DNA from: an uncultured Nitrososphaerota archaeon
GTDB lineage: Archaea > Thermoproteota > Nitrososphaeria > Nitrososphaerales > Gagatemarchaeaceae
Length of the DNA: 32,000 nt
Direction of reading: 5' to 3'
Assembly: GCA_963718895.1 (NCBI GenBank)
Contig: CAVRAG010000008.1
Span: forward strand, 462,605-494,604
Shown: piece after piece, positions 28,247 through 32,000 of the stretch
Numbering within the stretch: position 1 is the first letter of the stretch
Layout: every line of letters starts with the position of its first letter
Notes under the pieces: generated by a model
What the model was told of the DNA's origin: nothing
Databases searched by the model: none
What the model saw: only the letters and a program-made list of their open reading frames with translations
Program-made: the position numbers and the translations under genes

Positions 28247-28624
28247 TCAGCTCGCCGTTCGGTTCGTCCCGATGCCGAAGTAGTTGGTCATGTACTGGAC
28301 GCACCCCATGAAAAAGTTGCCCCCATTGGTCAACAGGCCTTGGTTCCCCATCATCCCCCACGGTCCTCCAGTGCCCCAAGAGCTTGCTCCCATCATCCCG
28401 CCAAAGTGCGTCGGTGTCGAGGTTGCCCCCCCACTTGCGGATCCCACTACACCGGAGAAACCGCCCATCATGCCTCCTCCGCCGTAGCCCGACATCATGC
28501 CCCCTCTTCCCTGCTGACCCGCTGAGGGCGTCTGTCCAACGAATCCGAACGCTGCCCCTGCAGCCAGTCCGACCGCCACCAGGAGCCCAAGTCCCACGAT
28601 GATTGCCTTTTCAGTTGTGTTCAT
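28247..28624 (-). CDS. Met/Gly-rich secreted or membrane-anchored small protein, possible copper binder
   Basis: N-terminal TM then GGMMSGYGGGGMMGG ... HFGGMMGASSWGTGGPWGMMGNQG. Confidence 0.6.
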   Translation of the reverse strand: MNTTEKAIIVGLGLLVAVGLAAGAAFGFVGQTPSAGQQGRGGMMSGYGGGGMMGGFSGVVGSASGGATSTPTHFGGMMGASSWGTGGPWGMMGNQGLLTNGGNFFMGCVQYMTNYFGIGTNRTAS

Positions 28625-28763
28625 TTTGATGCACGGCGTGTACTACGCATGGCGGGGTTATGGTAGTACGCTGAAACGAAACGGTGAAACCGTTTCATCC
28701 GGCCTTAACTGAAAATCTCGCAGAAACGCAGCCCAAAAGACGCGTGATGTGCAATAATCTGCG

Positions 28764-29333
28764 CTAGGCCGAACGGCCTGGGCGGGGTCGCAGGGACGGT
28801 GCCAGCGATATCTCATTGGTGTTCCCGCTGCTGACGGCCGTCACTATCCCTCTCTCGGCGAAGCGTGAGACTATCCTGTGCGTCTTGAGCTTGCTCAGAC
28901 CCGAGTCCTTTACGATGAACTTCTGGAGGTACTTGCCATCATGCGCGGCGAGTACCTCTAGGACCTTGCGCTCGTCCGGCTTCGAGGTACTCAGGAGGAA
29001 GTCCCAGCTCTGTGCGGCTTCCGGCAGTTCTGGAACGGTTTCAGCCGTGGGTATCAGGAGCCGCTTCCTCGGGATCTGAGGGTAGGTCATGAAATAGACC
29101 AACCCGACGACGCCTACGACCGTCAGTCCTATGAACGCTGCTGCCAGGTACCAGACGTACGAGGGCATTTGGAGGTTCATCCCTGCTGAGTTCTCGCTCC
29201 CCATCATCTGTCCCATCATCCCTCCCAGACTCCCCGTCCCAGATTGGTAGTCCGAAAGGTACCAGATGATGATAAGGAGAAACGCGGCGAGGGACCCGAC
29301 GATTAGGGCCGTGAACAGCCAAGTCCGTTTCAT
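28764..29333 (-). CDS. membrane-anchored winged-helix protein with Met-rich extracytoplasmic loop
   Basis: TM1 WLFTALIVGSLAAFLLIIIWYL, loop GGMMGQMMGSENSAGMNLQM, TM2 VWYLAAAFIGLTVVGVVGLVYF, then KPDERKVLEVLAAHDGKYLQKFIVKDSGLSKLKTHRIVSRFAERGIV. Start set at MKRTWLF. Confidence 0.75.
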   Translation of the reverse strand: MKRTWLFTALIVGSLAAFLLIIIWYLSDYQSGTGSLGGMMGQMMGSENSAGMNLQMPSYVWYLAAAFIGLTVVGVVGLVYFMTYPQIPRKRLLIPTAETVPELPEAAQSWDFLLSTSKPDERKVLEVLAAHDGKYLQKFIVKDSGLSKLKTHRIVSRFAERGIVTAVSSGNTNEISLAPSLRPRPGRSA

Positions 29334-29614
29334 CGTCTTGTGCCTCCAGATTCCATTCGAGCGCCATGGTTGGGCATCGCCGCACCCTTCTAACGACCCG
29401 ACATCGCCCATGCTAATTAAGGATGGGTTGGAAAGGCGAGAGGAAAGACCACTCTAGGGGTCGTTTCAGCCGCCGTCGTTATCCCTACTCGCTCATGCCA
29501 CGGCAAGGGTCAGAAGAGAATTGGAGGTGTCGCCTTCGCTTAGGGGAGAAGGCTCAACTTAAACTGGCTCTTGCGTTGTCCGATCCGGAGGGACCGGGAT
29601 CAGCGGTGTCTCCT

Positions 29615-30358
29615 CTATTCCGCCGCGTGGAGCTCACGGTATGATTCTGTAGCTTCTTTTGCGACGAAGATGAGTATCACTGCGGTGGCAAGATAGTCGA
29701 CCCACCAGAGCCCAAGAAGATACTCGGCGAGAAGGCCGACCAGCAAGACCGTGGCCATCAGGAAGCACGTGACCGATTCGACGGCGTCCATCTTCAGGGG
29801 CAGACAACGGGTCTCTTCTCCGATCCTCCTCTTGCGGAAGTAGAGATAGGGCATTATGATGACGGCGCCTGCGGCCACGGCTACTCCCAGCGGCGACCCT
29901 TCTGGCCGGAGCCCCGAGGCGTAGGAGTAGACAGCCCCCAAGCCTATGACGGGGATCAGGGTGAAGAGTAGCGCGCTCGTGATTTGCTCAGCCCTCCGGT
30001 TCTCCAGTTCCGAGTTGCTCGCATCCCTTCGCAGGTGGCCCAGGACCACAAAGCCCGAGATCAGTTCGATCACGCTGTCGCCTCCGAACGCCAGTAAGGC
30101 GAGGCTGCCCGCGATCAGGCCGAATCCGATCGAGGCGAGAGCCTCGACGGTCATCCACGCCGAGCTGAGGTACTCGACCCTGATTCCCATCTCTGCCCTA
30201 GCCTTCCTCCAGTGGCCGTGGGCGGCACTGCAGCAGCAGGAGGCGCAGTTGGAGCACTCGGCTCGAGCGTTGCAGGGCGCGCAGGAGTTCTCCACGCAGC
30301 CACAGGTCAGGCACGAGGAAGATGCTGGCGCTCCGAGTGGCATCGGGCAGGAATGCAC
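29615..30358 (-). CDS. cation-efflux (CDF-like) membrane transporter with Cys-rich N-terminus
   Basis: Six hydrophobic helices with FGGDSVIELISG and LKMDAVESVTCF; 11 Cys in the first 45 residues. Confidence 0.65.
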   Translation of the reverse strand: MHSCPMPLGAPASSSCLTCGCVENSCAPCNARAECSNCASCCCSAAHGHWRKARAEMGIRVEYLSSAWMTVEALASIGFGLIAGSLALLAFGGDSVIELISGFVVLGHLRRDASNSELENRRAEQITSALLFTLIPVIGLGAVYSYASGLRPEGSPLGVAVAAGAVIIMPYLYFRKRRIGEETRCLPLKMDAVESVTCFLMATVLLVGLLAEYLLGLWWVDYLATAVILIFVAKEATESYRELHAAE

Positions 30359-30493
30359 CTAGGGTCTATTATCTGTTTCACGACGTGGCCTCACACCCGG
30401 CCGGCTGCTGGCGCAACCTGGGCTGCTGCTCATCGAGTACTTTCCTATGCTGCGCGGGATTCAGGCAATCTGCTCTCGTCGGCCGAACCGCGG

Positions 30494-30805
30494 TCAGCTC
30501 TGCCTTGCCGTGGGGCAAGCGTGGAAGAAAGGATCCACGTGCTGGACGCAGAAGCTCTTCATGCACAGTTGGCACTGGAAGACCTCCGCCTTGGGTCCCT
30601 TCACTGGGCCGCAAAGGTCGCAGATCACCACCGGTTCCGCCGTTTTGGGCGCGTCGGGAGCCGCATCCTCGAGGCCTTCCGTCGAGACACCGATGGGTGC
30701 GGTCGACTCCTCTTGGTCGGTCGGGGAAGATTCTGGCACTTCGACCTCGCCCGAATCTTCGGCAGATTCGGGTGCCGCATCTACCTGACTTTCCTGCATG
30801 CCCAA
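30494..30805 (-). CDS. AN1-type zinc-finger protein with acidic N-terminal region
   Basis: CDLCGPVKGPKAEVFQCQLCMKSFCVQHVDPFFHAC fits C-x2-C...C-x2-C-x4-C-x2-H-x5-H-x-C. Confidence 0.75.
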   Translation of the reverse strand: MGMQESQVDAAPESAEDSGEVEVPESSPTDQEESTAPIGVSTEGLEDAAPDAPKTAEPVVICDLCGPVKGPKAEVFQCQLCMKSFCVQHVDPFFHACPTARQS

Positions 30806-30889
30806 GGACGAATTCGCGTCCCATTAAAAAATCTCCGGTGAGGTGAGACTCTGCCCCTCCTAGGCCGCAATCTCGCTCAGGTGGTCGGC

Positions 30890-31426
30890 TCAGAGCTTGG
30901 CGGTGCCAGTCTTGGGGAGCCGGGCGAACTGCCACGCGGCACCCGCCAAGACCGCCGACGCGGCGAGGATGAGGACGATACCGGAGATCGTGACGGGGAT
31001 GCCCCTCCCGGCGCCGATTACGTGCACAAGGATTAGCGACGCTCCGATCAGAGAGAGAAGACCGTGGTAGAACAGCGAAGACCCTAGGCCTTCCATGAAA
31101 AGAAGGCCGGTCACCCAAACGACGAAGGCGGCGTAGGTCGCGAGGTAACCCAGGAGGACCGGCAAAGATACGGGGAAGAGAAGGAAGAAGGCCGCATGGG
31201 CCAGCAGGAACCCCCCGCCTGACGCTGCTATCCAGACATGGATTCCCCTCAGGAGGTCAGGATTTCTGAACCTGCGCAGCAGACTTCGCCGGAAGATCAT
31301 CATCACCCCGGCCGCGCCAATCAGGAAGAACGCGAGAAATCCTGCGAGGTTTGCCAGGAAGGCGCCTCTGTAGAGGACGTCGACAGGGAGAGGATTGGCG
31401 AAGGCGAGCAAGACGGAGAGCAACAC
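30890..31426 (-). CDS. multi-TM protein with two H-x13-H pairs, candidate diheme cytochrome b / ferric-reductase-like domain
   Basis: HVWIAASGGGFLLAH and HGLLSLIGASLILVH in separate TM helices. Confidence 0.65.
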   Translation of the reverse strand: MLLSVLLAFANPLPVDVLYRGAFLANLAGFLAFFLIGAAGVMMIFRRSLLRRFRNPDLLRGIHVWIAASGGGFLLAHAAFFLLFPVSLPVLLGYLATYAAFVVWVTGLLFMEGLGSSLFYHGLLSLIGASLILVHVIGAGRGIPVTISGIVLILAASAVLAGAAWQFARLPKTGTAKL

Positions 31427-31518
31427 GAAGGCCGTGAGTGTCAGGGTAGAGTAGAAGGCCAGCTTGCCCTGCAGCTTATCGCATCCCCTTGGTCAACCTG
31501 CGTCTGGCTTGTCCCGGT

Positions 31519-31926
31519 CTATTTCTTGAGATAGGAGCGGCCGGTCCTCAAGTAAAGGTCCTTCCCGTTCAGCCAGTCCCGTCTCAGGGGTGAGAAGCAA
31601 TCGTAGTCTTCAGTGTCTTCGAGCGCGACAGCCTCGTGCACCACGTTCGAAGGGATTATCAGGACCTCTCCCGATTTGACCGTGAAGTCCTCATCGTCTA
31701 TCGTGAACTTGAGAGCGCCCTTCATTATGAAGGTTATCTGCTCGCTAAGGTGTTTGTGGGCTGGCACTATGGCACCCTTCTTCAACCAGATGTAACCCAG
31801 CATCTCCCTCTTCCCGACGGCAAGACGCCGGGAGATCTTGGGGTTCAGCCACTCGGGCTCCATCTCTGCCCACCTAATGTGTCTGACTCTCCTCTCGGTG
31901 GTCGTTGCTGCTTTCTTCGGCTTCAT
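31519..31926 (-). CDS. cupin-domain protein
   Basis: GAIVPAHKHLSEQITFIMKGALKFTIDDEDFTVKSGEVLIIPSNVVHEAVALEDT (both cupin motifs). Confidence 0.88.
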   Translation of the reverse strand: MKPKKAATTTERRVRHIRWAEMEPEWLNPKISRRLAVGKREMLGYIWLKKGAIVPAHKHLSEQITFIMKGALKFTIDDEDFTVKSGEVLIIPSNVVHEAVALEDTEDYDCFSPLRRDWLNGKDLYLRTGRSYLKK

Positions 31927-32000
31927 CGCTCCGTCATGAGACCCCGGCGGACTTCAATATAGGTTGTCGCATCGTGCCGCCGGGCCCGGCCCTCCGCGAA

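Noticed and set aside
30378-31118. 246 aa minus-strand ORF spanning the AN1 and diheme genes
   Set aside because: Overlaps two better-supported genes in another frame and is Arg/Pro-rich without motifs.
1-32000. Search for tRNA, rRNA, CRISPR arrays and transposase signatures
   Set aside because: No convincing tRNA T-loop context, rRNA segment, regular direct repeats or transposase motifs seen by eye; a tRNAscan/Infernal and IS search would be needed to exclude small elements.

Overview
Archaeal-looking chromosomal window: short A/T-rich BRE/TATA-like elements about 25-35 nt upstream of start codons, zinc-containing ferredoxin, AN1 finger, TRASH-domain regulator, cupredoxins. I cannot assign a lineage from the sequence alone. 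Main blocks: (1) a manganese/iron locus with two NRAMP transporters flanking a DtxR/MntR-like regulator, with a matching inverted-repeat operator candidate before all three genes; the second NRAMP gene is frameshifted. (2) A minus-strand block of two overlapping hemerythrin-like genes, a Rieske protein, a CuA subunit II and a heme-copper subunit I. Subunit I keeps the six metal-ligand histidines but has Asn where oxygen reductases have the cross-linked Tyr. This makes an atypical NO-reductase-like enzyme the best candidate for a poorly described system here. It faces a cupredoxin gene and a CtaG-cupredoxin fusion. (3) A copper island at 23-31 kb: YHS protein, Lrp/TRASH regulator, CopA with an N-terminal YHS domain, HMA chaperone, a double cupredoxin with one copy lacking a Cu ligand, a Met/Gly-rich protein, a membrane-anchored winged-helix protein with a Met-rich external loop, a Cys-rich cation transporter, and a candidate diheme membrane protein. 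(4) A PIN toxin / AbrB antitoxin pair with a perfect palindrome at its start. Several decayed genes were reconstructed by hand (DUF488, response-regulator receiver, NRAMP copy 2, possible DUF5679 zinc ribbon). No rRNA, tRNA, CRISPR array or intact mobile element was recognised.
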